Positions 1-15,000 of a stretch of 64,000 bases of DNA are shown here, in pieces. The DNA is from Eledone cirrhosa (lineage: Eukaryota), in assembly GCA_964016885.1 (NCBI GenBank), contig OZ024747.1, positions 52,638,001-52,702,000 of the forward strand. The letters run 5' to 3'. Positions within the stretch are counted from its first letter, which is position 1, and each line of letters starts with the position of its first letter. The notes under the pieces were generated by a model. It searched no databases. It saw nothing but the letters and a program-made list of their open reading frames with translations, and was not told the DNA's origin. The translations under genes were made by a program, and so were the position numbers.

Positions 1-3000
1 GTACATAGGGCAGAGTTGGTGTAGAGTAAAACAGAGAGAACCAGTACATAGGGCAGAGTTGGTGTAGAGTAAAACAGAGAGAACCAGTACATATGACAGA
101 GTAGGTGTAGAGTAAAACAGAGAGAACCAGTACATAGGATAGTGTTGGTGTAGAGTAAAACAGAGAGAACCAGTACATAGGACAGTGTTGGTGTAGAGTA
201 AAACAGAGAGAACCAGTACATAGGACAGAGTAGGTGTAGTGTAAAACAGAGAACAGAGAGAACCAGTACATAGGACAGTGTTGGTGTAGAGTAAAACAGA
301 GAGAACCAGTACGTAGCACAGAGTCGGTGTAGAGTAAAACAGAGAGAACCAGTACATAGGACAGTGTTGGTGTAGAGTAAAACAGAGAGAACCAGTACGT
401 AGCACAGAGTCGGTGTAGAGTAAAACAGAGAGAAACAGTACGTAGCACAGAGTCGGTGTAGAGTAAAACAGAGAGAACCAGTACATAGGACAGTGTTGGT
501 GTAGAGTAAAACAGAGAGAACCAGTAAATAGGACAGTGTTTGTGTAGAGTAAAACAGAGAGAACCAGTACGTAGCACAGAGTCGCTGTAGAGTAAAACAG
601 AGAGAACCAGTACATAGGACAGTGTTGGTGTAGAGTAAAACAGAGAGAACCAGTACATAGGACAGAGTCACTGTAGAGTAAAACAGAGAGAACTAGTACA
701 TAGGACAGAGTCAGAGTAGAGTAAAACAGAGTGAGCCAGTACATAGAACAGAGTCGGTGTAGAGTAAAACAGAGAGAACCAGTACATAGGACAGAGTCAC
801 TGTAGAGTAAAACAGAGAGAACCAGTACGTAGCACAGTTGTGGTGTAGAGTAAAACAGAGAGAACCAGTACGTAGCACAGAGTCGCTGTAGAGTAAAACA
901 GAGAGAACCAGTACATAGAACAGAGTCGGTGTAGAGTAAAACAGAGAGAACCAGTACATAGGACAGAGTCACTGTAGAGTAAAACAGAGAACTAGTACAT
1001 AGGACAGAGTCAGAGTAGAGTAAAACAGAGAGAACCAGTACATAGGACAGAGTCGGTGTAGAGTAAAACAGAGAGAACCAGTACATAGGACAGAGTTGAT
1101 GTAGGGTAAAACAGAGAGAACCAGTACATAGGACAGAGTTGGTGTAGTGTAAAACAGAGAGAACCAGTACATAGGACAGAGTCGGTGTAGAGTAAAACAT
1201 AGAGAACACGTACATAGGACAGAGTTGGTGTAGTGTAAAACAGAGAGAACCAGTACATAGGACAGTGTCGGTGTAGAGTAAAACAGAGAGAACCTGTACA
1301 TAGGACAGTGTCGGTGTAGAGTAAAACAGAGAGAACCAGTACATAGGACAGAGTTGGTGTAGTGTAAAACAGAGAGAACCAGTACATAGGACAGTGTTGG
1401 TGTAGAGTAAAACAGAGAGAACCAGTACGTAGCACAGAGTCGGTGTAGAGTAAAACAGAGAGAACCAGTACGTAGCACAGAGTCGGTGTAGAGTAAAACA
1501 GAGAGAACCAGTACGTAGCACAGAGTCGGTGTAGAGTAAAACAGAGAGAACCAGTACATATGACAGAGTAGGTGTAGAGTAAAACAGAGAGAACCAGTAC
1601 ATAGGACAGAGTCGGTGTAGAGTAAAACAGAGAGAACCAGTACATAGGACAGTGTTGGTGTAGAGTAAAACAGAGAGAACCAGTACATAGGACAGAGTAG
1701 CTGTAGTGTAAAACAGAGAACAGAGAGAACCAGTACAAAGGACAGTGTTGGTGTAGAGTAAAACAGAGAGAACCAGTACGTAGCACAGAGTCGGTGTAGA
1801 GTAAAACAGAGAGAACCAGTACGTAGGACAGAGTCACTGTAGAGTAAAACAGAGAGAACCAGTACGTAGGACAGAGTCACTGTAGAGTAAAACAGAGAGA
1901 ACCAGTACGTAGGACAGAGTCACTGTAGAGTAAAACAGAGAGAACCAGTACGTAGCACAGTTGTGGTGTAGAGTAAAACAGAGAGAACCAGTACGTAGCA
2001 CAGAGTCGCTGTAGAGTAAAACAGAGAGAACCAGTACGTAGAAAAGAGTCGATGTAGAGTAAAACAGAGAGAACCAGTACATAGGACAGTGTTGGTGTAG
2101 AGTAAAACAGAGAGAACCAGTACATAGGACAGAGTCACTGTAGAGTAAAACAGAGAGAACCAGTACGTAGAAAAGAGTCGATGTAGAGTAAAACAGAGAG
2201 AACCAGTACATAGGACAGTGTTGGTGTAGAGTAAAACAGAGAGAACCAGTACATAGGACAGAGTCACTGTAGAGTAAAACAGAGAGAACCAGTACGTAGC
2301 ACAGTTGTGGTGTAGAGTAAAACAGAGAGAACCAGTACGTAGCACAGAGTCGCTGTAGAGTAAAACAGAGAGAACCAGTACATAGGACAGTGTTGGTGTA
2401 GAGTAAAACAGAGAGAACCAGTACATAGGACAGAGTCGGTGTAGAGTAAAACAGAGAGAACTAGTACATAAACAGAGTCAGAGTAGAGTAAAACAGAGAG
2501 AACCAGTACATAGAACAGAGTCGGTGTAGAGTAAAACAGAGAGAACCAGTACATAGGACAGAGTCACTGTAGAGTAAAACAGAGAACTAGTACATAGAAC
2601 AGAGTCAGAGTAGAGTAAAACAGAGAGAACCAGTACACAGGACAGAGATGGTGTAGAGTAAAACAGAGAGAACCAGTACATATGACAGAGTAGGTGTAGA
2701 GTAAAACAGAGAGAACCAGTACATAGGACAGAGTTGGTGTAGAGTAAAACAGAGAGAACCAGTACATAGGACAGTGTTGGTGTAGAGTAAAACAGAGAGA
2801 ACCAGTACATAGGACAGTGTTGGTGTAGAGTAAAACAGAGAGAACCAGTACGTAGCACAGTGTTGGTGTAGAGTAAAACAGAGAGAACCAGTACGTAGCA
2901 CAGAGTCGCTGTAGAGTAAAACAGAGAGAACCAGTACATAGAACAGAGTCGGTGTAGAGTAAAACAGAGAGAACCAGTACATAGGACAGAGTCACTGTAG

Positions 3001-6000
3001 AGTAAAACAGAGAGAACTAGTACATAGGACAGAGTCAGAGTAGAGTAAAACAGAGAGAACCAGTACATAGGACAGAGTCGGTGTAGAGTAAAACAGAGAG
3101 AACCAGTACATAGGACAGAGTTGATGTAGGGTAAAACAGAGAGAACTAGTACATAGGACAGAGTTGGTGTAGTGTAAAACAGAGAGAACCAGTACATAGG
3201 ACAGAGTCGGTGTAGAGTAAAACATAGAGAACCAGTACATAGGACAGAGTTGATGTAGGGTAAAACAGAGAGAACCAGTACATAGGACAGTGTTGGTGTA
3301 GAGTAAAACAGAGAGAACCAGTACATAGGAGAGTCAGAGTAGAGTAAAACAGAGAGAACCAGTACATAGAACAGAGACGGTGTAGAGTAAAACAGAGAGA
3401 ACCAGTACACAGGACAGAGTTGGTGTAGAGTAAAACAGAGAGAACCAGTACATAGGGCAGAGTTGGTGTAGAGTAAAACAGAGAGAACCAGTACATAGGA
3501 CAGAGTTGGTGTAGAGTAAAACAGAGAGAACCAGTACATAGGGCAGAGTTGGTGTAGAGTAAAACAGAGAGAACCAGTACATAGGGCAGAGTTGGTGTAG
3601 AGTAAAACAGAGAGAACCAGTACATAGGACAGAGTTGGTGTAGAGTAAAACAGAGAGAACCAGTACATAGGGCAGAGTTGGTGTAGAGTAAAACAGAGAG
3701 AACCAGTACATAGGGCAGAGTTGGTGTAGAGTAAAACAGAGAGAACCAGTACATAGGGCAGAGTTGGTGTAGAGTAAAACAGAGAGAACCAGTACATAGG
3801 GCAGAGTTGGTGTAGAGTAAAACAGAGAGAACCAGTACATAGGACAGAGTTGGTGTAGAGTAAAACAGAGAGAACCAGTACATAGGGCAGAGTTGGTGTA
3901 GAGTAAAACAGAGAGAACCAGTACATAGGGCAGAGTTGGTGTAGAGTAAAACAGAGAGAACCAGTACATATGACAGAGTAGGTGTAGAGTAAAACAGAGA
4001 GAACCAGTACATAGGACAGAGTCGGTGTAGAGTAAAACAGAGAGAACCAGTACATAGGATAGTGTTGGTGTAGAGTAAAACAGAGAGAACCAGTACATAG
4101 GACAGAGTTGATGTAGGGTAAAACAGAGAGAACCAGTACATAGGACAGAGTTGGTGTAGTGTAAAACAGAGAGAACCAGTACATAGGACAGAGTCGGTGT
4201 AGAGTAAAACATAGAGAACACGTACATAGGACAGAGTTGGTGTAGTGTAAAACAGAGAGAACCAGTACATAGGACAGTGTCGGTGTAGAGTAAAACAGAG
4301 AGAACCTGTACATAGGACAGTGTCGGTGTAGAGTAAAACAGAGAGAACCAGTACATAGGACAGAGTTGGTGTAGTGTAAAACAGAGAGAACCAGTACATA
4401 GGACAGTGTTGGTGTAGAGTAAAACAGAGAGAACCAGTACGTAGCACAGAGTCGGTGTAGAGTAAAACAGAGAGACCCAGTACGTAGCACAGAGTCGGTG
4501 TAGAGTAAAACAGAGAGAACCAGTACGTAGCACAGAGTCGGTGTAGAGTAAAACAGAGAGAACCAGTACATATGACAGAGTAGGTGTAGAGTAAAACAGA
4601 GAGAACCAGTACATAGGACAGAGTCGGTGTAGAGTAAAACAGAGAGAACCAGTACATAGGACAGTGTTGGTGTAGAGTAAAACAGAGAGAACCAGTACAT
4701 AGGACAGAGTAGCTGTAGTGTAAAACAGAGAACAGAGACAACCAGTACATAGGACAGTGTTGGTGTAGAGTAAAACAGAGAGAACCAGTACATAGCACAG
4801 AGTCGGTGTAGAGTAAAACAGAGAGAACCAGTACGTAGGACAGAGTCACTGTAGACTAAAACAGAGAGAACCAGTACGTAGCACAGTTGTGGTGTAGAGT
4901 AAAACAGAGAGAACCAGTACGTAGCACAGAGTCGCTGTAGAGTAAAACAGAGAGAACCAGTACGTAGAAAAGAGTCGATGTAGAGTAAAACAGAGAGAAC
5001 CAGTACATAGGACAGTGTTGGTGTAGAGTAAAACAGAGAGAACCAGTACATAGGACAGAGTCACTGTAGAGTAAAACAGAGAGAACCAGTACGTAGAAAA
5101 GAGTCGATGTAGAGTAAAACAGAGAGAACCAGTACATAGGACAGTGTTGGTGTAGAGTAAAACAGAGAGAACCAGTACATAGGACAGAGTCACTGTAGAG
5201 TAAAACAGAAAGAACCAGTACGTAGCACAGTTGTGGTGTAGAGTAAAACAGAGAGAACCAGTACGTAGCACAGAGTCGCTGTAGAGTAAAACAGAGAGAA
5301 CCAGTACATAGGACAGTGTTGGTGTAGAGTAAAACAGAGAGAACCAGTACATAGGACAGAGTCGGTGTAGAGTAAAACAGAGAGAACTAGTACATAAACA
5401 GAGTCAGAGTAGAGTAAAACAGAGAGAACCAGTACATAGAACAGAGTCGGTGTAGAGTAAAACAGAGAGAACCAGTACATAGGACAGAGTCACTGTAGAG
5501 TAAAACAGAGAACTAGTACATAGGACAGAGTCAGAGTAGAGTAAAACAGAGAGAACCAGTACATAGGACAGAGTCGGTGTAGAGTAAAACAGAGAGAACC
5601 AGTACATAGGACAGAGTTGATGTAGGGTAAAACAGAGAGAACCAGTACATAGGACAGAGTTGGTGTAGTGTAAAACAGAGAGAACCAGTACATAGGACAG
5701 AGTCGGTGTAGAGTAAAACATAGAGAACACGTACATAGGACAGAGTTGATGTAGGGTAAAACAGAGAGAACCAGTACATAGGACAGAGTTGGTGTAGAGT
5801 AAAACAGAGAGAACCAGTACATAGGAGAGTCAGAGTAGAGTAAAACAGAGAGAACCAGTACATAGGACAGAGTTGGTGTAGAGTAAAACAGAGAGAACCA
5901 GTACACAGGACAGAGTTGGTGTAGAGTAAAACAGAGAGAACCAGTACATATGACAGAGTAGGTGTAGAGTAAAACAGAGAGAACCAGTACATAGGACAGA

Positions 6001-9000
6001 GTCGGTGTAGAGTAAAACAGAGAGAACCAGTACATAGGACAGTGTTGGTGTAGAGTAAAACAGAGAGAACCAGTACATAGGACAGTGTTGGTGTAGAGTA
6101 AAACAGAGAGAACCAGTACATAGGACAGAGTAGCTGTAGTGTAAAACAGAGAACAGAGAGAACCAGTACATAGGACAGTGTTGGTGTAGAGTAAAACAGA
6201 GAGAACCAGTACATAGGACAGTGTTGGTGTAGAGTAAAACAGAGAGAACCAGTACGTAGCACAGTGTTGGTGTAGAGTAAAACAGAGAGAACCAGTACAT
6301 AGGACAGAGTCGGTGTAGAGTAAAACAGAGAGAACTAGTACATAAACAGAGTCAGAGTAGAGTAAAACAGAGAGAACCAGTACATAGAACAGAGTCGGTG
6401 TAGAGTAAAACAGAGAGAACCAGTACATAGGACAGAGTCACTGTAGAGTAAAACAGAGAACTAGTACATAGAACAGAGTCAGAGTAGAGTAAAACAGAGA
6501 GAACCAGTACACAGGACAGAGATGGTGTAGAGTAAAACAGAGAGAACCAGTACATATGACAGAGTAGGTGTAGAGTAAAACAGAGAGAACCAGTACATAG
6601 GACAGAGTTGGTGTAGAGTAAAACAGAGAGAACCAGTACATAGGACAGTGTTGGTGTAGAGTAAAACAGAGAGAACCAGTACATAGGACAGTGTTGGTGT
6701 AGAGTAAAACAGAGAGAACCAGTACGTAGCACAGTGTTGGTGTAGAGTAAAACAGAGAGAACCAGTACGTAGCACAGAGTCGCTGTAGAGTAAAACAGAG
6801 AGAACCAGTACATAGAACAGAGTCGGTGTAGAGTAAAACAGAGAGAACCAGTACATAGGACAGAGTCACTGTAGAGTAAAACAGAGAGAACTAGTACATA
6901 GGACAGAGTCAGAGTAGAGTAAAACAGAGAGAACCAGTACATAGGACAGAGTCGGTGTAGAGTAAAACAGAGAGAACCAGTACATAGGACAGAGTTGATG
7001 TAGGGTAAAACAGAGAGAACTAGTACATAGGACAGTGTTGGTGTAGAGTAAAACAGAGAGAACCAGTACATAGGACAGAGTCGGTGTAGAGTAAAACAGA
7101 GAGAACTAGTACATAAACAGAGTCAGAGTAGAGTAAAACAGAGAGAACCAGTACATAGAACAGAGTCGGTGTAGAGTAAAACAGAGAGAACCAGTACATA
7201 GGACAGAGTCACTGTAGAGTAAAACAGAGAACTAGTACATAGAACAGAGTCAGAGTAGAGTAAAACAGAGAGAACCAGTACACAGGACAGAGATGGTGTA
7301 GAGTAAAACAGAGAGAACCAGTACATATGACAGAGTAGGTGTAGAGTAAAACAGAGAGAACCAGTACATAGGACAGAGTTGGTGTAGAGTAAAACAGAGA
7401 GAACCAGTACATAGGACAGTGTTGGTGTAGAGTAAAACAGAGAGAACCAGTACATAGGACAGTGTTGGTGTAGAGTAAAACAGAGAGAACCAGTACGTAG
7501 CACAGTGTTGGTGTAGAGTAAAACAGAGAGAACCAGTACGTAGCACAGAGTCGCTGTAGAGTAAAACAGAGAGAACCAGTACATAGAACAGAGTCGGTGT
7601 AGAGTAAAACAGAGAGAACCAGTACATAGGACAGAGTCACTGTAGAGTAAAACAGAGAGAACTAGTACATAGGACAGAGTCAGAGTAGAGTAAAACAGAG
7701 AGAACCAGTACATAGGACAGAGTCGGTGTAGAGTAAAACAGAGAGAACCAGTACATAGGACAGAGTTGATGTAGGGTAAAACAGAGAGAACTAGTACATA
7801 GGACAGAGTTGGTGTAGTGTAAAACAGAGAGAACCAGTACATAGGACAGAGTCGGTGTAGAGTAAAACATAGAGAACCAGTACATAGGACAGAGTTGATG
7901 TAGGGTAAAACAGAGAGAACCAGTACATAGGACAGTGTTGGTGTAGAGTAAAACAGAGAGAACCAGTACATAGGAGAGTCAGAGTAGAGTAAAACAGAGA
8001 GAACCAGTACATAGAACAGAGACGGTGTAGAGTAAAACAGAGAGAACCAGTACACAGGACAGAGTTGGTGTAGAGTAAAACAGAGAGAACCAGTACATAG
8101 GGCAGAGTTGGTGTAGAGTAAAACAGAGAGAACCAGTACATAGGACAGAGTTGGTGTAGAGTAAAACAGAGAGAACCAGTACATAGGGCAGAGTTGGTGT
8201 AGAGTAAAACAGAGAGAACCAGTACATAGGGCAGAGTTGGTGTAGAGTAAAACAGAGAGAACCAGTACATAGGACAGAGTTGGTGTAGAGTAAAACAGAG
8301 AGAACCAGTACATAGGGCAGAGTTGGTGTAGAGTAAAACAGAGAGAACCAGTACATAGGGCAGAGTTGGTGTAGAGTAAAACAGAGAGAACCAGTACATA
8401 GGGCAGAGTTGGTGTAGAGTAAAACAGAGAGAACCAGTACATAGGGCAGAGTTGGTGTAGAGTAAAACAGAGAGAACCAGTACATAGGACAGAGTTGGTG
8501 TAGAGTAAAACAGAGAGAACCAGTACATAGGGCAGAGTTGGTGTAGAGTAAAACAGAGAGAACCAGTACATAGGGCAGAGTTGGTGTAGAGTAAAACAGA
8601 GAGAACCAGTACATATGACAGAGTAGGTGTAGAGTAAAACAGAGAGAACCAGTACATAGGACAGAGTCGGTGTAGAGTAAAACAGAGAGAACCAGTACAT
8701 AGGATAGTGTTGGTGTAGAGTAAAACAGAGAGAACCAGTACATAGGACAGAGTTGATGTAGGGTAAAACAGAGAGAACCAGTACATAGGACAGAGTTGGT
8801 GTAGTGTAAAACAGAGAGAACCAGTACATAGGACAGAGTCGGTGTAGAGTAAAACATAGAGAACACGTACATAGGACAGAGTTGGTGTAGTGTAAAACAG
8901 AGAGAACCAGTACATAGGACAGTGTCGGTGTAGAGTAAAACAGAGAGAACCTGTACATAGGACAGTGTCGGTGTAGAGTAAAACAGAGAGAACCAGTACA

Positions 9001-12000
9001 TAGGACAGAGTTGGTGTAGTGTAAAACAGAGAGAACCAGTACATAGGACAGTGTTGGTGTAGAGTAAAACAGAGAGAACCAGTACGTAGCACAGAGTCGG
9101 TGTAGAGTAAAACAGAGAGACCCAGTACGTAGCACAGAGTCGGTGTAGAGTAAAACAGAGAGAACCAGTACGTAGCACAGAGTCGGTGTAGAGTAAAACA
9201 GAGAGAACCAGTACATATGACAGAGTAGGTGTAGAGTAAAACAGAGAGAACCAGTACATAGGACAGAGTCGGTGTAGAGTAAAACAGAGAGAACCAGTAC
9301 ATAGGACAGTGTTGGTGTAGAGTAAAACAGAGAGAACCAGTACATAGGACAGAGTAGCTGTAGTGTAAAACAGAGAACAGAGACAACCAGTACATAGGAC
9401 AGTGTTGGTGTAGAGTAAAACAGAGAGAACCAGTACATAGCACAGAGTCGGTGTAGAGTAAAACAGAGATAACCAGTACGTAGGACAGAGTCACTGTAGA
9501 CTAAAACAGAGAGAACCAGTACGTAGCACAGTTGTGGTGTAGAGTAAAACAGAGAGAACCAGTACGTAGCACAGAGTCGCTGTAGAGTAAAACAGAGAGA
9601 ACCAGTACGTAGAAAAGAGTCGATGTAGAGTAAAACAGAGAGAACCAGTACATAGGACAGTGTTGGTGTAGAGTAAAACAGAGAGAACCAGTACATAGGA
9701 CAGAGTCACTGTAGAGTAAAACAGAGAGAACTAGTACATAGGACAGAGTCAGAGTAGAGTAAAACAGAGAGAGCCAGTACATAGAACAGAGTCGGTGTAG
9801 AGTAAAACAGAGAGAACCAGTACATAGGACAGAGTCACTGTAGAGTAAAACAGAGAGAACTAGTACATAGGACAGAGTTGGTGTAGTGTAAAACAGAGAG
9901 AACCAGTACATAGGACAGAGTCGGTGTAGAGTAAAACATAGAGAACCAGTACATAGGACAGAGTTGATGTAGGGTAAAACAGAGAGAACGAGTACATAGG
10001 ACAGAGTTGGTGTAGAGTAAAACAGAGAGAACCAGTACATAGAACAGAGTCGGTGTAGAGTAAAACAGAGAACCAGTACATAGGACAGAGTCAGTGTAGA
10101 GTAAAACAGAGAGAACCAGTACATAGGACAGAGTTGGTGTAGAGTAAAACAGAGAGAACCAGTACATAGGACAGAGTCGGTGTAGAGTAAAACATAGAGA
10201 ACCAGTACATAGGACAGAGTTGGTGTAGAGTAAAACAGAGAGAACCAGTACATAGGACAGAGTCGGTGTAGAGTAAAACAGAGAGAACCAGTACATAGGA
10301 CAGTGTTGGTGTAGAGTAAAACAGAGAGAACCAGTACATAGGACAGTAGGTGTAGAGTAAAACAGAGAGAACCAGTACATAGGACAGAGTTAGTGTAGAG
10401 TAAAACAGAGAGAACCAGTACATAGGACAGAGTAGGTGTAGTGTAAAACAGAGAGAACCAGTACATATGACAGAGTAGGTGTAGAGTAAAACAGAGAACC
10501 AGTATATAGGACAGAGTCGGTGTAGAGTAAAACAGAGAGAACCAGTACATAGGACAGAGTAGGTGTAGTGTAAAACAGAGAGAACCAGTACATATGACAG
10601 AGTAGGTGTAGAGTAAAACAGAGAACCAGTATATAGGACAGAGTCGGTGTAGAGTAAAACAGAGAGAACCAGTACATAGGACAGAGTAGGTATAGTGTAA
10701 AACAGAGAGAACCAGTACATATGACAGAGTAGGTGTAGAGTAAAACAGAGAACCAGTATATAGGACAGAGTCGGTGTAGAGTAAAACAGAGAGAACCAGT
10801 ACATAGGACAGAGTAGGTGTAGTGGAAAACAGAGAACAGAGAGAACCAGTACGTAGCACAGAGTCGGTGTAGAGTAAAACAGAGAGAACCAGTACGTAGC
10901 ACAGAGTCGGTGTAGAGTAAAACAGAGAGAACCAGTACATAGGACAGTGTTGGTGTAGAGTAAAACAGAGAGAACCAGTACATAGGACAGTGTTGGTGTA
11001 GAGTAAAACAGAGAGAACCAGTACATAGGACAGAGTAGGTGTAGTGTAAAACAGAGAACAGAGAGAACCAGTACATAGGACAGTGTTGGTGTAGAGTAAA
11101 ACAGAGAGAACCAGTACGTAGCACAGAGTCGGTTTAGAGTAAAACAGAGAGAACCAGTACGTAGCACAGAGTCGGTGTAGAGTAAAACAGAGAGAACCAG
11201 TACATAGGACAGTGTTGGTGTAGAGTAAAACAGAGAGAACCAGTACATAGGACAGAGTTGATGTAGGGTAAAACAGAGAGAACCAGTACATAGGACAGAG
11301 TTGGTGTAGAGTAAAACAGAGAGAACCAGTACATAGGAGAGTCAGAGTAGAGTAAAACAGAGAGAACCAGTACATAGGACAGAGTTAGTGTAGAGTAAAA
11401 CAGAGAACCAGTACATAGGACAGAGTCAGTGTAGAGTAAAACAGAGAGAACCAGTACATAGGACAGAGTTGGTGTAGAGTAAAACAGAGAGAACCAGTAC
11501 ACAGGACAGAGTTGGTGTAGAGTAAAACAGAGAGAACCAGTACATATGACAGAGTAGGTGTAGAGTAAAACAGAGAGAACCAGTACATAGGACAGAGTCG
11601 GTGTAGAGTAAAACAGAGAGAACCAGTACATAGGACAGTGTTGGTGTAGAGTAAAACAGAGAGAACCAGTACATAGGACAGTGTTGGTGTAGAGTAAAAC
11701 AGAGAGAACCAGTACATAGGACAGTGTTGGTGTAGAGTAAAACAGAGAGAACCAGTACATAGGACAGTGTTGGTGTAGAGTAAAACAGAGAGAACCAGTA
11801 CATAGGACAGAGTCACTGTAGAGTAAAACAGAGAGAACCAGTACATAGGACAGAGTCGGTGTAGAGTAAAACAGAGAGAACCAGTACGTAGCACAGAGTC
11901 GGTGTAGAGTAAAACAGAGGGAACCAGTACATAGGACAGTGTTGGTGTAGAGTAAAACAGAGAGAACCAGTACATAGGACAGAGTCACTGTAGAGTAAAA

Positions 12001-15000
12001 CAGAGAGAACCAGTACATAGGACAGAGTCACTGTAGAGTAAAACAGAGAGAACCAGTACATAGGACAGTGTTGGTGTAGAGTAAAACAGAGAGAACCAGT
12101 ACGTAGCACAGAGTCGCTGTAGAGTAAAACAGAGGGAACCAGTACATAGGACAGTGTTGGTGTAGAGTAAAACAGAGAGAACCAGTACATAGGACAGAGT
12201 CACTGTAGAGTAAAACAGAGAGAACCAGTACATAGGACAGAGTCACTGTAGAGTAAAACAGAGAGAACCAGTACATAGGACAGAGTCGGTGTAGAGTAAA
12301 ACAGAGAGAACCAGTACATAGGACAGAGTAAGAGTAGAGTAAAACAGAGAGAGCCAGTACATAGAACAGAGTCGGTGTAGAGTAAAACAGAGAGAACCAG
12401 TACATAGGACAGAGTCACTGTAGAGTAAAACAGAGAGAACTAGTACAGAGGACAGAGTTGGTGTAGTGTAAAACAGAGAGAACCAGTACATAGGACAGAG
12501 TTGGTGTAGGGTAAAACAGAGAGAACTAGTACATAGGACAGAGTCAGAGTAGAGTAAAACAGAGAGAACCAGTACATAGGACAGAGTTGATGTAGGGTAA
12601 AACAGAGAGAACCAGTACATAGGACAGAGTTGGTGTAGAGTAAAACAGAGAGAACCAGTACATAGGACAGAGTCGGTGTAGAGTAAAACAGAGAGAACCA
12701 GTACGTAGCACAGAGTCGGTGTAGAGTAAAACAGAGAGAACCAGTACATAGGACAGTGTTGGTGTAGAGTAAAACAGAGAGAACCAGTACATAGGACAGT
12801 GTTGGTGTAGAGTAAAACAGAGAGAACCAGTACGTAGCACAGAGTCGGTGTAGAGTAAAACAGAGAGAACCAGTACGTAGCACAGAGTCGGTGTAGAGTA
12901 AAACAGAGAGAACCAGTACATAGGACAGTGTTGGTGTAGAGTAAAACAGAGAGAACCAGTACGTAGCACAGAGTCGGTGTAGAGTAAAACAGAGAGAACC
13001 AGTACATAGGACAGTGTTGGTGTAGAGTAAAACAGAGAGAACCAGTACATAGCACAGAGTCGGTGTAGAGTAAAACAGAGAGAACCAGTACGTAGCACAG
13101 AGTCGGTGTAGAGTAAAACAGAGAGAACCAGTACATAGGACAGTGTTGGTGTAGAGTAAAACAGAGAGAACCAGTATGTAGCACAGTGTTGGTGTAGAGT
13201 AAAACAGAGAGAACCAGTACATAGGACAGTGTTGGTGTAGAGTAAAACAGAGAGAACCAGTATGTAGCACAGTGTTGGTGTAGAGTAAAACAGAGAGAAC
13301 CAGTACATAGGACAGAGTTGATGTAGGGTAAAACAGAGAGAACCAGTACATAGGACAGAGTTGGTGTAGAGTAAAACAGAGAGAACCAGTACATAGGAGA
13401 GTCAGAGTAGAGTAAAACAGAGAGAACCAGTACATAGGACAGAGTTAGTGTAGAGTAAAACAGAGAACCAGTACATAGGACAGAGTCAGTGTAGAGTAAA
13501 ACAGAGAGAACCAGTACATAGGACAGAGTTGGTGTAGAGTAAAACAGAGAGAACCAGTACACAGGACAGAGTTGGTGTAGAGTAAAACAGAGAGAACCAG
13601 TACATATGACAGAGTAGGTGTAGAGTAAAACAGAGAGAACCAGTACATAGGACAGAGTCGGTGTAGAGTAAAACAGAGAGAACCAGTACATAGGACAGTG
13701 TTGGTGTAGAGTAAAACAGAGAGAACCAGTACATAGGACAGTGTTGGTGTAGAGTAAAACAGAGAGAACCAGTACATAGGACAGTGTTGGTGTAGAGTAA
13801 AACAGAGAGAACCAGTACATAGGACAGTGTTGGTGTAGAGTAAAACAGAGAGAACCAGTACATAGGACAGAGTCACTGTAGAGTAAAACAGAGAGAACCA
13901 GTACATAGGACAGAGTCGGTGTAGAGTAAAACAGAGAGAACCAGTACGTAGCACAGAGTCGGTGTAGAGTAAAACAGAGGGAACCAGTACATAGGACAGT
14001 GTTGGTGTAGAGTAAAACAGAGAGAACCAGTACATAGGACAGAGTCACTGTAGAGTAAAACAGAGAGAACCAGTACATAGGACAGAGTCACTGTAGAGTA
14101 AAACAGAGAGAACCAGTACATAGGACAGTGTTGGTGTAGAGTAAAACAGAGAGAACCAGTACGTAGCACAGAGTCGCTGTAGAGTAAAACAGAGGGAACC
14201 AGTACATAGGACAGTGTTGGTGTAGAGTAAAACAGAGAGAACCAGTACATAGGACAGAGTCACTGTAGAGTAAAACAGAGAGAACCAGTACATAGGACAG
14301 AGTCACTGTAGAGTAAAACAGAGAGAACCAGTACATAGGACAGAGTCGGTGTAGAGTAAAACAGAGAGAACCAGTACATAGGACAGAGTAAGAGTAGAGT
14401 AAAACAGAGAGAGCCAGTACATAGAACAGAGTCGGTGTAGAGTAAAACAGAGAGAACCAGTACATAGGACAGAGTCACTGTAGAGTAAAACAGAGAGAAC
14501 TAGTACAGAGGACAGAGTTGGTGTAGTGTAAAACAGAGAGAACCAGTACATAGGACAGAGTTGGTGTAGGGTAAAACAGAGAGAACTAGTACATAGGACA
14601 GAGTCAGAGTAGAGTAAAACAGAGAGAACCAGTACATAGGACAGAGTTGATGTAGGGTAAAACAGAGAGAACCAGTACATAGGACAGAGTTGGTGTAGAG
14701 TAAAACAGAGAGAACCAGTACATAGGACAGAGTCGGTGTAGAGTAAAACAGAGAGAACCAGTACGTAGCACAGAGTCGGTGTAGAGTAAAACAGAGAGAA
14801 CCAGTACATAGGACAGTGTTGGTGTAGAGTAAAACAGAGAGAACCAGTACATAGGACAGTGTTGGTGTAGAGTAAAACAGAGAGAACCAGTACGTAGCAC
14901 AGAGTCGGTGTAGAGTAAAACAGAGAGAACCAGTACGTAGCACAGAGTCGGTGTAGAGTAAAACAGAGAGAACCAGTACATAGGACAGTGTTGGTGTAGA